Source: Novosphingobium sp.
GTDB lineage: Bacteria; Pseudomonadota; Alphaproteobacteria; Sphingomonadales; Sphingomonadaceae
Direction of reading: 5' to 3'
Assembly: GCA_046063225.1 (NCBI GenBank)
Contig: JBJTLW010000161.1
Coordinates: 26,809-90,808 of the forward strand
Length of the DNA: 64,000 bases
The first letter of the stretch is position 1. Each line of letters starts with the position of its first letter. Below the pieces are notes generated by a model. It was given only the letters and a program-made list of their open reading frames with translations, searched no databases and had not been told where the DNA came from. Made by a program: the position numbers and the translations under genes. Below are positions 27,091 through 36,714 of the stretch, piece by piece.

Positions 27091-27957
27091 ATGCGAGGAC
27101 ATGAGCTGTTCGAACTGATCCAGCGCGGACTGGGGCCTGAAGCGAACCGGCACCGCGGCGTCGACGCCCCGGCCCGGCGCGATACGGCAATTGCGGGCGG
27201 ATCTTATCGCGCTCCTGGCACATTGGTCGACGGCTTCCGGGCTGGCGATGGCGATGCGCAGGTGCGCGGAATTGTCGTTGCGGCTCGCGCCTCTACCGAC
27301 CTACTTGAACGCGCCGCGCACTTGGGCGCGAACCTCGTCATCAGCCGGCAGGCGTTTCTTGGCGACAGCCAGGATCGACCCGTCACCAAGCCTGAGCGCG
27401 CCCTTGCAGAAAAACTGGCCTTGATCGACCGCCTGGGCCTGATGGTCCTGCGCCTTCAAGACCCCCGCACCGGCGCGGAAGGTCGCGCAATAACCGAAGC
27501 ACTGCCGCGCGCCATGGCTCTCGGCCAGCCGCGCAGGTCGGACAATCCCGCCAACGGCGTGACATACCGCACCTCGCCCGTTCCGATCGGTGAGCTGGCC
27601 GACCGGTTGACGGCGGTAACTGGCAGCCCGGCGGTCAGGCTGATCGGCGATCCGAAACTGCCTGCTCGAGGGATCGCATTGGCGACAGAAACAAGCCGCC
27701 CCAACGCTCTGGCTCCGCTTCTTGCACGCAGCGATGTCAATCTGCTGATCGCTGGGGAAGTCCACGAAACCGAAACCGCAGCCTATGTGGCGGATGCCAT
27801 CGCACTGGGCATGCCAAAAGCCTTGCTCCTCGCCGGCTCAATCGCGTTGGAGGAACCGCCGGCGAAGGCGCTGTCCCAATGGCTCCAGCGCCAGGTGGCG
27901 GTACCGGTCCACTGGTTGCCTTCATCGCCCAAGCTCATCGACGTTTTGCATCGCTGA
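27091..27957 (+). CDS. Divergent Nif3-like paralog
   Basis: DGFRAGD...VRGIVV, GDP, IAGEVHE, EEP; His motifs absent. Confidence 0.7.
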   Translation: MRGHELFELIQRGLGPEANRHRGVDAPARRDTAIAGGSYRAPGTLVDGFRAGDGDAQVRGIVVAARASTDLLERAAHLGANLVISRQAFLGDSQDRPVTKPERALAEKLALIDRLGLMVLRLQDPRTGAEGRAITEALPRAMALGQPRRSDNPANGVTYRTSPVPIGELADRLTAVTGSPAVRLIGDPKLPARGIALATETSRPNALAPLLARSDVNLLIAGEVHETETAAYVADAIALGMPKALLLAGSIALEEPPAKALSQWLQRQVAVPVHWLPSSPKLIDVLHR

Positions 27958-27981
27958 AGAAGCGCTGCACACAAATCCGAC

Positions 27982-28821
27982 GGTGCTGTCAGTCTAATCG
28001 CAACTTGTCTCCGTTTCGCACAGTCTGGGCTTTGGGGACGTGAGCTCAGCTCATAACGGACTGCCACTCGGCCAACGCGGCCGAGCGGCGAAGCTTATAG
28101 GTTTGTCGATCGACGAGGTGGCGTTCCTGGTTGAAGTGGTTGTGGACGTTGGCATGGACCGAAGCGAACTTCTGTAACGACTTCATCTGTCGAAACCGGA
28201 GCATTGTCCGTTCCCGTCGTCGGAACGGCAAGTGACTGTTCTCGACCCGGTTGTTGGCCCAACGGCCGATTTCCTGCTTGTCGGTGTTGCCCAACACCTT
28301 CATCGCAGCCTTGTAGGAAGCCAGCCCATCGGTGGTGATCGCCTCGGGTGAACCATGGCGCTTCAGTGCCTTCTTCATGAAGGACAGCGCCGCCTCCTTG
28401 TCGCGTCTTTTGGTTACGAAACTCTCGAGGATTTCGCCCTCCTGGTCGACCGCGCGCCAGAGGTAGTGCATCTCGCCGTTGATCTTCACGTAAACCTCGT
28501 CAAGGTGCCATCGCCACTGACGGAAGCCCCTCATCCGGCTCACTCGCTGGCGCCGTATATCTGCGGCAAACAATGGGCCAAACCTGTTCCACCAGTGCCG
28601 TACTGTCTCGTGGCAGAGGTCGATCCCGCGTTCAAATAGCAGGTCCTCGACATTGCGCAGCGACAGGGGAAAGCGAACATACATCATGACCACGAGGCGG
28701 ATCACCTCAGGCGACGAGTTAAAGTAGCGGAACGGGCTAGGCGGCTTGGCTCTGGATTTGCGGCTCATGCGCGCTGGCTATCACCACAACGCGCCGCGTG
28801 CCACATTGCCCTGACAGAGCT
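27982..28821 (-). mobile_element. IS6 family insertion sequence (about 840 bp)
   Basis: Imperfect terminal IRs GGTGCTGTCAGTCTAAT / AGCTCTGTCAGGGCAAT enclose the transposase. Confidence 0.8.
28046..28768 (-). CDS. IS6 family DDE transposase
   Basis: PLSLRNVEDLL, WHLDEVYV, YLWRAVD, TDG, NNRVENSH. Confidence 0.96.
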   Translation of the reverse strand: MSRKSRAKPPSPFRYFNSSPEVIRLVVMMYVRFPLSLRNVEDLLFERGIDLCHETVRHWWNRFGPLFAADIRRQRVSRMRGFRQWRWHLDEVYVKINGEMHYLWRAVDQEGEILESFVTKRRDKEAALSFMKKALKRHGSPEAITTDGLASYKAAMKVLGNTDKQEIGRWANNRVENSHLPFRRRERTMLRFRQMKSLQKFASVHANVHNHFNQERHLVDRQTYKLRRSAALAEWQSVMS

Positions 28822-29106
28822 ATCGGGCAGGCCGACGAGGTAATCGAATTGCGCTTCGGGCCGAAGGAAGATAGCGCCCCGGCTGGTGAAGTCCTGCTTA
28901 GTGAGCGGGGGCCTCACACCACCACGGCTCGGCAAACTCGCTTCGATTTCCGGCTTTACTGCAAGATAGCGGCTGTAGGCATGGCGCAGGAAGATCAGGC
29001 CCATGACTGGCATGAAATATTCATTGCTGGCAAAGTCGCTATTCGCGCGGAGCTGATCCGCAGCCGTCCACAGGCGCTTCTCGACGGCTTCTATGTTTTC
29101 AATCAC
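28822..29106 (-). pseudogene. hsdM: 5' fragment of a type I restriction-modification M subunit, truncated by IS6
   Basis: EKRLWTAADQLRANS...EYFMPVMGLIFLR HsdM N-terminal motif; similarity stops at the IS end after about 95 codons. Confidence 0.82.
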
Positions 29107-29372
29107 TTGTTTGCCCCGTTCGATACAGCACCAGGTGTACACCTAGCCTTGGAATGATACCGTTGGCTAGATGAGCAGGCGGATCGCCTGCGGGATCTTG
29201 CTGCAATGCATCCGATGCATTGAGCAGTCCACCTTAGCCGAAGTCGCTAACATATTGGACTTTCCGAGAACCAAAATCAGTCTTTGAAATCTGCCGTTCG
29301 TTCATTTGTGGCAGATTTTTGCAAGGATCGGAAAATACCTGTCTTTCAGAATTCAGACACAGGTCGATGGAA

Positions 29373-30695
29373 TCAGATCGCCCCGGTCAGGCTCGCCACG
29401 ATAGTCATCACCACGGTGGTTCCAAAAGCCCACCCGAAGACGAAGCGCTGGTGGTCCCGCAGCGAAACTTCCGAGAGGCCGATCAGGATGAATGTCGATG
29501 CCGTGAGCGGGCTGAGAGGAAAGCCGGTCGTCATCTGACCGAGTATTGCTGCACGCCCGATGGAAAGTGGATCTTGCCCGGCTGCTCCTGCCGTATCGGC
29601 CAGAACTGGCAGTATGCCGAAGTAGAAGGCATCCGGTGTAAAAACGAGACTAAGTGGCATCGATACCAGCGCAACCGCGGTGCTCAGCCACGGAGCCGCC
29701 GCGGGATGGACGAGGCCGGCCAATACCCCCGCCATGGCCTTGATCATTCCCGTCCCGCCAAGGATGCCGGAAAAGGCTCCAGCCGCAATGACCATCGATA
29801 CCACCAGCACCGAGCTGGCCGCATGTGATGAGAGTTGTTCCTGTTGCGCAGCGGCAGTCCGGCTGTTGACGGGAAAGGCGATGGCGAATGCGGCCATGAA
29901 AAGAAGTGCCGGATGAATTTCCGGCATGCCGATTTGCTTGGCGTAGAGGCCTTGGAAAAGCAGCACGACCAGTAGCAGAGTGAGGACGGCGTTGAAGGCG
30001 AATAGCCCGTTAGCTTGGCCTTTCGGGGGTTGATCGGCGCATGGTTCGGCCGGATGCGCCATCTCTGCGCCTTGCCTTGCGAGCCGCCGCCGTTCTTTGA
30101 ATCCCAGAATCAAAGCAGCGATGAATACCCAACCAATTCCGGCTAGCATCGCAGGAATCACAGGCTCGAAAATCTGCGAAACATTTGAATTCAGCGCCGC
30201 CGTAGCGCGTGCTGTAGGACCGCCCCAAGGGAGAATGTTCATCACCCCGGCTGCCAGAGCAACGATGGCGGGCAGGACCAGAGGATTGATGCCCATTCGC
30301 CGGTGAACGGGGAGCAGCGCAGAAATCGAAATGAGAAAGGTCGTCGAACCGTCGCCGTCGAGCGCAACAAGCATCGGCAGAATGGCGGTAACAAGGCAAA
30401 GCCGTACAGGATCTTCGCGAACGAGGCGGAGCAGCCATTTGACAAGGGGAGCAAACAGGCCCGCATCAAGCATCATGCCGAAGTAGAGTATCGCAAAAAG
30501 GATCATAGCTGCGACCGGAGCAACCGCGCGAACTCCATCAATGGCGAACTTGCTCAACTCTGCTCCAGCACCGACCGACAGGGCAGCGAGGACCGGAACC
30601 AAAATCAAGGCGGCCAGAACCGGCAGACGCGTGAACAGCACAAGTGCCAGAAACAGTCCGATTGCTGCGAAGCCGGAGATCGCAAGCATAGACAT
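29373..30695 (-). CDS. CitMHS family citrate/carboxylate transporter
   Basis: FAILYFGMMLDAGLF, LDGDGSTT, NILPWGGPTAR, DAFYFGILP. Confidence 0.92.
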   Translation of the reverse strand: MSMLAISGFAAIGLFLALVLFTRLPVLAALILVPVLAALSVGAGAELSKFAIDGVRAVAPVAAMILFAILYFGMMLDAGLFAPLVKWLLRLVREDPVRLCLVTAILPMLVALDGDGSTTFLISISALLPVHRRMGINPLVLPAIVALAAGVMNILPWGGPTARATAALNSNVSQIFEPVIPAMLAGIGWVFIAALILGFKERRRLARQGAEMAHPAEPCADQPPKGQANGLFAFNAVLTLLLVVLLFQGLYAKQIGMPEIHPALLFMAAFAIAFPVNSRTAAAQQEQLSSHAASSVLVVSMVIAAGAFSGILGGTGMIKAMAGVLAGLVHPAAAPWLSTAVALVSMPLSLVFTPDAFYFGILPVLADTAGAAGQDPLSIGRAAILGQMTTGFPLSPLTASTFILIGLSEVSLRDHQRFVFGWAFGTTVVMTIVASLTGAI

Positions 30696-30697
30696 CG

Positions 30698-31024
30698 TCA
30701 GGCAGCATTGCCGTGAGGCGCGTTCGACATGTCGAAGTCCAGCATCTGCATTGCCAGGGTCTTGCCATGAGCATCGAGCCGGATCGACCGCGTCACGCCG
30801 CCCGCCAGCGCGCCGCTGAGGACAAAGTTGAGAGCATTCAATCCCGGCACCACGTAGCGTTCGATCTGAACGTTTGGCGGCAACCGCAAGTGCTGACGCA
30901 CGGCCTGTGCGGTGACTTCACGCTCTATCAGTGGGAAGTCTTTTGCTTCGAAAGCGATCAGGGATATTTGGGACGTGTTGCCCTTGTCCCCAGAGCGGGC
31001 GTGCGCGATCGAGCCGAGCTGCAT
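30698..31024 (-). CDS. AtuA-related small protein (AtuA C-terminal-like domain)
   Basis: AHARSGDKGN, LAGGVTRSIRLDAHGK. Confidence 0.85.
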   Translation of the reverse strand: MQLGSIAHARSGDKGNTSQISLIAFEAKDFPLIEREVTAQAVRQHLRLPPNVQIERYVVPGLNALNFVLSGALAGGVTRSIRLDAHGKTLAMQMLDFDMSNAPHGNAA

Positions 31025-31025
31025 C

Positions 31026-32357
31026 TCAGCTTTCCTCTATATGGATAGTGGTTTTGATGCGGCTGCGGTCGATGAGTGTCGAGGCTATCGCGACAACTTC
31101 CCGCACGGATTTGCGGACACCGCCGCCGCCTGCCGGTCCATTGGTATAGAGCGCTTCAACTTCGTGTGTAAGTTGCCGGGCCGTTGCCTCGGAAAGCGAC
31201 CGTCCTGCAATGCGCGCCCGGACCTCTGCCGGTTCAGCCCTTTTGCCCCGAAGCCCAACCGAATTGAGGCCGATCAGCGACATGTCCAGTTCCGCGAAGT
31301 CCAGTCCCAGAAGGGCTACTCGCTCGCGGATTATGTCGAGCGCCAGTTGCCCGCGCTGGGCTGCCCCTGGGCCGGCGTAGCTGATTTCTCCTTCGGCGAT
31401 GAAGCCGTCGCGATAGCCGACCGAAACCTTCAACTGTTCGGGACGGGGTGCACCGCTAATGCCCGAAAGAGCTACTCGGTCTGGCCCTGCGTTTTCCAGT
31501 TGTGCCCCTGCGAAATTGGCGATCACATCGGGCTGGACATAGGACGAAGGGTCAAGAACTTCGTAAAGCAGCTGTTCCTTGCAGGTGTCGATCGAGAGCA
31601 TGCCGCCTGAGCCCGGAACTTTCGAGAACACTGCGTTTCCGTCCTCGTCAACATCGGCATAAGGGAAGCCCAACCTTGCAAGTTCGGGCACATCCTTGCG
31701 TCCGGGATCGGCGAAGTAGCCTCCTGTCAACTGACCAGCGCATTCGAGCATATGCCCGACCGCGGTGCCACGCGCCAATCGCTCCCAATCGTCAGGCCGC
31801 CATCCGAATGAGTGAATGAGTGGGGCTACGAAAAGTGAAGGATCACCAACCCGGCCGGTGACCACGATGTCCGCGCCGAGACCGAGCGCTTCGACAATTC
31901 CTTCGGAACCAAGATAAGCATTGGCCGAGATTAGGCTCGACTGCAGATCTGCCACAGACCCTTTCCGATCCGTGAGCGTAAGTGCGCTCTGGTCGATAGT
32001 CGACATTACGTTATCGCCGAGGATCGCAGCGACCTTCAGTCCAGAAAGCCCAAGTGATCCCGCAACTTCCGTGATGGCGCGGACAGCTCCCAAAGGATTG
32101 GCGGCGCCCATATTGGTAACAATCCTCACGCCATTCGCTCGCGCGGCTGGCAACACGGCCCGGAACCTTTGCTCCAAAAGCGGATCGAAACCGCCGAGGG
32201 GATTGCGCTGCAAGTCGAGCTGCGCAAGCGCGATCGTCCGTTCAGCCAGACACTCGAATGCCAGGAAATCGAGCGCACCTTTTTCCACCAGCTCAACCGC
32301 CGGGTCGATGCGGTCGCCTGAGAAGCCGGCCCCGCAGCCTATGCGCACGGTTTTCAT
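31026..32357 (-). CDS. AtuA (DUF1446) family protein
   Basis: RIGCGAGFSGDR, FECLAERT, NMGAANP, GHMLEC, EQLLYEV, GPAGGGG. Confidence 0.9.
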   Translation of the reverse strand: MKTVRIGCGAGFSGDRIDPAVELVEKGALDFLAFECLAERTIALAQLDLQRNPLGGFDPLLEQRFRAVLPAARANGVRIVTNMGAANPLGAVRAITEVAGSLGLSGLKVAAILGDNVMSTIDQSALTLTDRKGSVADLQSSLISANAYLGSEGIVEALGLGADIVVTGRVGDPSLFVAPLIHSFGWRPDDWERLARGTAVGHMLECAGQLTGGYFADPGRKDVPELARLGFPYADVDEDGNAVFSKVPGSGGMLSIDTCKEQLLYEVLDPSSYVQPDVIANFAGAQLENAGPDRVALSGISGAPRPEQLKVSVGYRDGFIAEGEISYAGPGAAQRGQLALDIIRERVALLGLDFAELDMSLIGLNSVGLRGKRAEPAEVRARIAGRSLSEATARQLTHEVEALYTNGPAGGGGVRKSVREVVAIASTLIDRSRIKTTIHIEES

Positions 32358-32359
32358 CC

Positions 32360-33265
32360 TCAGGTGTCCACGTCTTTGGCGGCAGCCAGAAGCGATTGCC
32401 GAAAGGCCTTGGCAGCAGGAGACAGGCTGAAATGCCGCCAGTTGGCGACGCCCACCGTGCGGCTGACAACTGGTTGTGCGAGAGGACGCCAGACCAGGTT
32501 TGTTTGACCCAGAAGCGGGAGGACGGATTTCGGCAAAGCTGAGATGCCCAGGCCGTTCGAGACCAGCCCGCCGACAGTTGTAACGTGGGCGCACTCGAAC
32601 AGCGGCTCCACTTCACGGCCGATTTGCGCGAATGCCGCGTCCGTTGTGCGTCGCACGCTGCTTAGGGCTGCCATCGCGATGAACGGCCTGCTGCCGAAAA
32701 TGTCCCAAGTGACATCAGAACTTTCAGCCAGCTCATCCGTGGCTTGGCAGATCAGGCCGAACTCCTCGTCAAAGATCGGCAGGAAGGCAATGTCATCCGA
32801 TTCCTGGTTCTGCGCGATCAAGGCGAGATCAACCTGTCGCTCGCGGAACCGCGTTTCGATCGCGCCTGAGAGCGTATCGACAACGGCGATTTCGACGCCC
32901 GGATGCGTGGCTCGGAACTCGGCAATTACCTTCGGCAGAAATCCGGCAGCGAGTGATGGCAGGGCGCCAACCACCACACGGCCCCGCTCGCCCGAAAAGC
33001 TGAGCGATAACTCCGAGAAGGCATGATCGAAGTCCGTGAGCAAACGCTGCACCACCGGAAGCAGGGCCTCGCCTGCGGCGGTCAGGCGGACATTGCGCGT
33101 GTCACGATCAAACAGGGTCGTGCCCACGCCCTCTTCGAGCATGCGGATATTGCGGCTGAGTGCAGGCTGCGAGATGTTCATCTCCTTGGCCGCCACGCTG
33201 AAACTCTTTGCCTTGGCCACGCCGACGAAAAATCGAAGTGCGGGCAGGTTCGGCGATCGGCTCAT
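32360..33265 (-). CDS. LysR family regulator
   Basis: SFSVAAKEMNISQPALSRNI...LFDRDTR. Confidence 0.94.
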   Translation of the reverse strand: MSRSPNLPALRFFVGVAKAKSFSVAAKEMNISQPALSRNIRMLEEGVGTTLFDRDTRNVRLTAAGEALLPVVQRLLTDFDHAFSELSLSFSGERGRVVVGALPSLAAGFLPKVIAEFRATHPGVEIAVVDTLSGAIETRFRERQVDLALIAQNQESDDIAFLPIFDEEFGLICQATDELAESSDVTWDIFGSRPFIAMAALSSVRRTTDAAFAQIGREVEPLFECAHVTTVGGLVSNGLGISALPKSVLPLLGQTNLVWRPLAQPVVSRTVGVANWRHFSLSPAAKAFRQSLLAAAKDVDT

Positions 33266-33375
33266 CGGGCAGGCACCTTGCACGGCACGCGAAGGCGGTG
33301 ATCAATCATATCAAATCCTGTCCCAACGTTCATGACCACCCGGCACACAACGCGCGGTCAGATTAAGCACTCCGC

Positions 33376-33495
33376 GATTAATCCATCAAAGACAATTCTT
33401 CTATGGATTAATCCATTTTGAGCATGACGCATACGCGCGATCCGCCTGAGTGAATTCATGCCAATATTGGCTTAATGCATAAAACAATTCTATTT
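33376..33495. promoter_or_regulatory. AT-rich divergent promoter region with candidate LysR boxes
   Basis: Palindrome ATGGATTAATCCAT 33403-33416; GATTAATCCAT also at 33376; TTAAT(C/G)CAT...ACAATTCT at 33378 and 33472. Confidence 0.55.
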
Positions 33496-33657
33496 CCCAA
33501 AACAAACCCCGCCAGAATAGAGCGGTGCCAACTGCAATTTGTGTGCAGCCCGCCGGCATCAATCCAGATGCTCGCAAGAGGAGTGGCGCGGCGAAGCAGC
33601 GCCAAGGCCGTTATTGCCCGACCATCAGTGTCGGGAACGGAAAATGGGAGGGTGAAA

Positions 33658-36453
33658 ATGTTCTATCAAAACTCGCGTACGTCCTTGCGTCGCAACTATT
33701 CCAACGGAGTTGCTCTGGCTGGCCTTGCGCTCTCGCTCGCGCTGCCGGCAGCAGCCCATGCACAGGACGCGGCTGATGACGAGGCTTCGAAGGATGAGAT
33801 TGTCGTCACCGGCACCCTGATCCGCGGCAAGGAGCCGGTCGGATCGCAGCAAATCACGCTTGGGGCGGAGAAGCTGGAATCGGTTGCTCCACAATCCTCG
33901 AACGACCTGCTCGCGTCCCTTCCGCAGGTGACCAACTACTTCAACCGCGTTCCGCTGGGCGATCTTTCCATCGCGGTAAACCAGATCCAGATCGCGCGCC
34001 CCAACCTGCGCAATATTTCGGGCAACAGTGCGGCCAGTTCCGGCACCCTGATCCTTGTTGACGGACACCGTGTAGCCACGGCGGGTGTCAACCAGGCGTC
34101 GGTCGATCCCGATCTTGTTCCGATCGGAGCGATTGAGCGCGTCGAAGTCGTGACGGAGGGTGGCTCGGCTACGTACGGCGCCGATGCAGTTGCCGGCACG
34201 ATCAACTTCATCACCCGCCGCCGGTTTGATGGTCTCAAAGTTGACGCCCACTATGGCATTGCCGACCCGTACTGGCAGTGGGATGCATCGGTCACTGCGG
34301 GCAAGGCGTGGGATACCGGTTCGATCTGGGTGTCGTACTCCTATGCGGAGAACAAGGCCCTGTTCGGCCGTGATCGCAGCTTCATCCGTTTCCTCGATTA
34401 CTCGAAGGTGCCCTACGTAGGCAACGACACGAACTGCCCGACCCCATCGACTTCGATCACAACCAAGGACACGCCCACCGGGGGCAGCCTGTACAGCGTG
34501 TCGACCCCGATCACCACAAGCCGCTGCGACAACAGCCAGAATGCATCCAAGATTCCGGCGGCGCAGCGCCACGGCGTAATGGCCGGTTTGAGCCAGGATC
34601 TCGACAGCCAGACCGCTATCGACATCCGGGCCTATTACAGCCAGCGCAAGACGCACTCGTCTTCGGATTTCACGGCTTCCGTTCCGCTTAACAGCAACAA
34701 TCCCTACGCCTCCTCGCTGACGCTTCCGGCTGGAACGGTCGTCGGTGCCGGCGTGCAGTTCTTCAATCCTCCGCTGCTTGGCTTCATCCCGGCCCTTCCC
34801 ACCAACACGTCAGCTCAGGTTGGCTTCAACCTGAGCCCGCTACTCGGACCTGGCGCTGCAAGTGCAGACGTGACCATCAAGGAATGGGGCGTAGCCAGCG
34901 AGCTCAAGCACGATTTTGGAGATAACTGGCAGGTCCGCGGGCTGCTCAACTGGAGCGAATCCGAGAGCGGCTATAGCCTGATCCGCCTGAATACGCTTCG
35001 TCTGAACGCTGCCAGCGCGCCGAGCGCACCGGCAACTACTGCAACAGCCTTCAACCCGATCAACGTGGTCAATAACAACCCCGCCTTGATCAAGGACCTG
35101 ATTGACAACGAAATTGCCGGTCAGACGAAGGACTCGATCATCAACATGCGGCTTATCGCCGAAGGCAAGCTGCTCGACCTGCCCGGTGGCGAAGCTCGCC
35201 TTGCGGTTGGCGGCGAATATTTCAAGGACCGGCTTGCCCTGCGCACGGCAAGCGACATCCGCCGCGGAACCCTCAGCAGCCGTCCCTACAGCATCTACAA
35301 TCGTGATGTGACGTCGGTGTTCGGCGAACTGCAACTGCCGCTGATTGCGAATTCGGATGGCGGTTCGCTGGTGACCGTTTCGGCGTCGGGCCGTTATGAT
35401 CACTATTCGGACTTCGGCAACACGACCAACCCCAAGATCGGCGTGACCATCAAGCCGGTGAGTTGGTTCACCCTGCGGGGGAACTGGGGCAAGTCGTTCA
35501 CTGCGCCCACCCCGCTCGATCAGCTGCAATCCAACAACAGCACGATCTCATCGTTCCCCTTCGTGCCGTTCACGGATGCGACCCATCCCAATGTCACGGG
35601 TGGCCAAGCCATCGCGCTTCAGGGATCGAAGGCCGGTCTTCAGCCCCAAAAGGCAACGACCTGGTCGGTTGGATTTGACATGCAGCCGCTCGATGGCCTG
35701 CGGTTCAGCGCCAATTACTATGACGTCAACTTCACCAATATCTTGAGCACGCCGACGCCGAATGCCGGTATCTTCACGAACTTCCCGGACAACATCCAGT
35801 ACGGTTCGGCGCTGACCACGGCCCAGATCAATGCGTTCTTCGCTGCCAGGGGACCGTTCACGGCGAGCCAGCAAGCTCAGCTTGCATCGGCCATTGCTGC
35901 CACTTCGGGTGGCCCGGTTGTCGAACTGGTTGATTTCCGGACTGGTAACTATGGCGTTCTCCATGTCAGGGGCATGGACTTCGACGCCAGCTATCGCCAC
36001 GCGACCGACTTCGGCGGATTTGACGTGAGCCTGGCGGGCAACCACCAGTTCTCGCGCAAGGCGCAGATCAGCCCGACTTCGGCAGTGGCCGATGACAACA
36101 GCGGCGAATATCCGAAGTGGTACCTCCAGGCGACTGCCGGGGTCGACGTCGGCACCTTCCGCGCCCAGGCAAGCTGGAACTACACGGGCGGTTACAAGCT
36201 GGCCGCTCCGCTTGTTGCAGCACCGGCAAACCAGACTTCGGTCGGCTCGTTCAGCACGTTCAACCTGTTCTTCAAGTATGAAGTACCGGCCGACAGCGGT
36301 CTTCTCAAGGACCTGAGCTTCACGCTGAACGTGAACAACGTGCTCGACACGGCGCCGCCGATCTTCCTGGGCAACACGACGGCTGCCTCGGGTTACACCA
36401 ATGGGTTCACCTTGGGACGCCTGTTCAACTTCGGTGTTTCGAAGAAGTTCTGA
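33658..36453 (+). CDS. TonB-dependent receptor
   Basis: GGGAGG RBS, signal ...AAAHA, EIVVTGT, YGADAVAG, NNVLD, C-terminal Phe. Confidence 0.95.
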   Translation: MFYQNSRTSLRRNYSNGVALAGLALSLALPAAAHAQDAADDEASKDEIVVTGTLIRGKEPVGSQQITLGAEKLESVAPQSSNDLLASLPQVTNYFNRVPLGDLSIAVNQIQIARPNLRNISGNSAASSGTLILVDGHRVATAGVNQASVDPDLVPIGAIERVEVVTEGGSATYGADAVAGTINFITRRRFDGLKVDAHYGIADPYWQWDASVTAGKAWDTGSIWVSYSYAENKALFGRDRSFIRFLDYSKVPYVGNDTNCPTPSTSITTKDTPTGGSLYSVSTPITTSRCDNSQNASKIPAAQRHGVMAGLSQDLDSQTAIDIRAYYSQRKTHSSSDFTASVPLNSNNPYASSLTLPAGTVVGAGVQFFNPPLLGFIPALPTNTSAQVGFNLSPLLGPGAASADVTIKEWGVASELKHDFGDNWQVRGLLNWSESESGYSLIRLNTLRLNAASAPSAPATTATAFNPINVVNNNPALIKDLIDNEIAGQTKDSIINMRLIAEGKLLDLPGGEARLAVGGEYFKDRLALRTASDIRRGTLSSRPYSIYNRDVTSVFGELQLPLIANSDGGSLVTVSASGRYDHYSDFGNTTNPKIGVTIKPVSWFTLRGNWGKSFTAPTPLDQLQSNNSTISSFPFVPFTDATHPNVTGGQAIALQGSKAGLQPQKATTWSVGFDMQPLDGLRFSANYYDVNFTNILSTPTPNAGIFTNFPDNIQYGSALTTAQINAFFAARGPFTASQQAQLASAIAATSGGPVVELVDFRTGNYGVLHVRGMDFDASYRHATDFGGFDVSLAGNHQFSRKAQISPTSAVADDNSGEYPKWYLQATAGVDVGTFRAQASWNYTGGYKLAAPLVAAPANQTSVGSFSTFNLFFKYEVPADSGLLKDLSFTLNVNNVLDTAPPIFLGNTTAASGYTNGFTLGRLFNFGVSKKF

Positions 36454-36479
36454 TCGCGCAACACGCTTGATCAGTACTG

Positions 36480-36522
36480 CGGCCCGGCCACTTTCCTCCC
36501 AAGGATGGCCGGGCCGTTTTTT
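36480..36522 (+). terminator. Rho-independent terminator
   Basis: CGGCCCGGCCA / TGGCCGGGCCG stem followed by T6. Confidence 0.85.
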
Positions 36523-36714
36523 CGTGGGCAGAACATAAGCGAAGCGCCTTTGGACATGGGGCAGAGGCCCCAGCGTCTGACCAGGGCAAGATCGGCCCGC
36601 CGGGCAGCGATCCCGGCGAGATCAGGGCGCAACAGATCCGTCGCCTAGGTTTGAAAAATGGCCTTTGGCCAGACGGCGCCCAGCTTACAAAGCGACCGCA
36701 AAATGTTTGTCGCC

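Noticed and set aside
29158-29223. Short frame YRWLDEQADRLRDLAAMHPMH* that may be a gene remnant
   Set aside because: No start codon and no family I can recognise
36540-36714. Intergenic stretch that might be a pseudogene fragment
   Set aside because: No convincing translation or repeat structure
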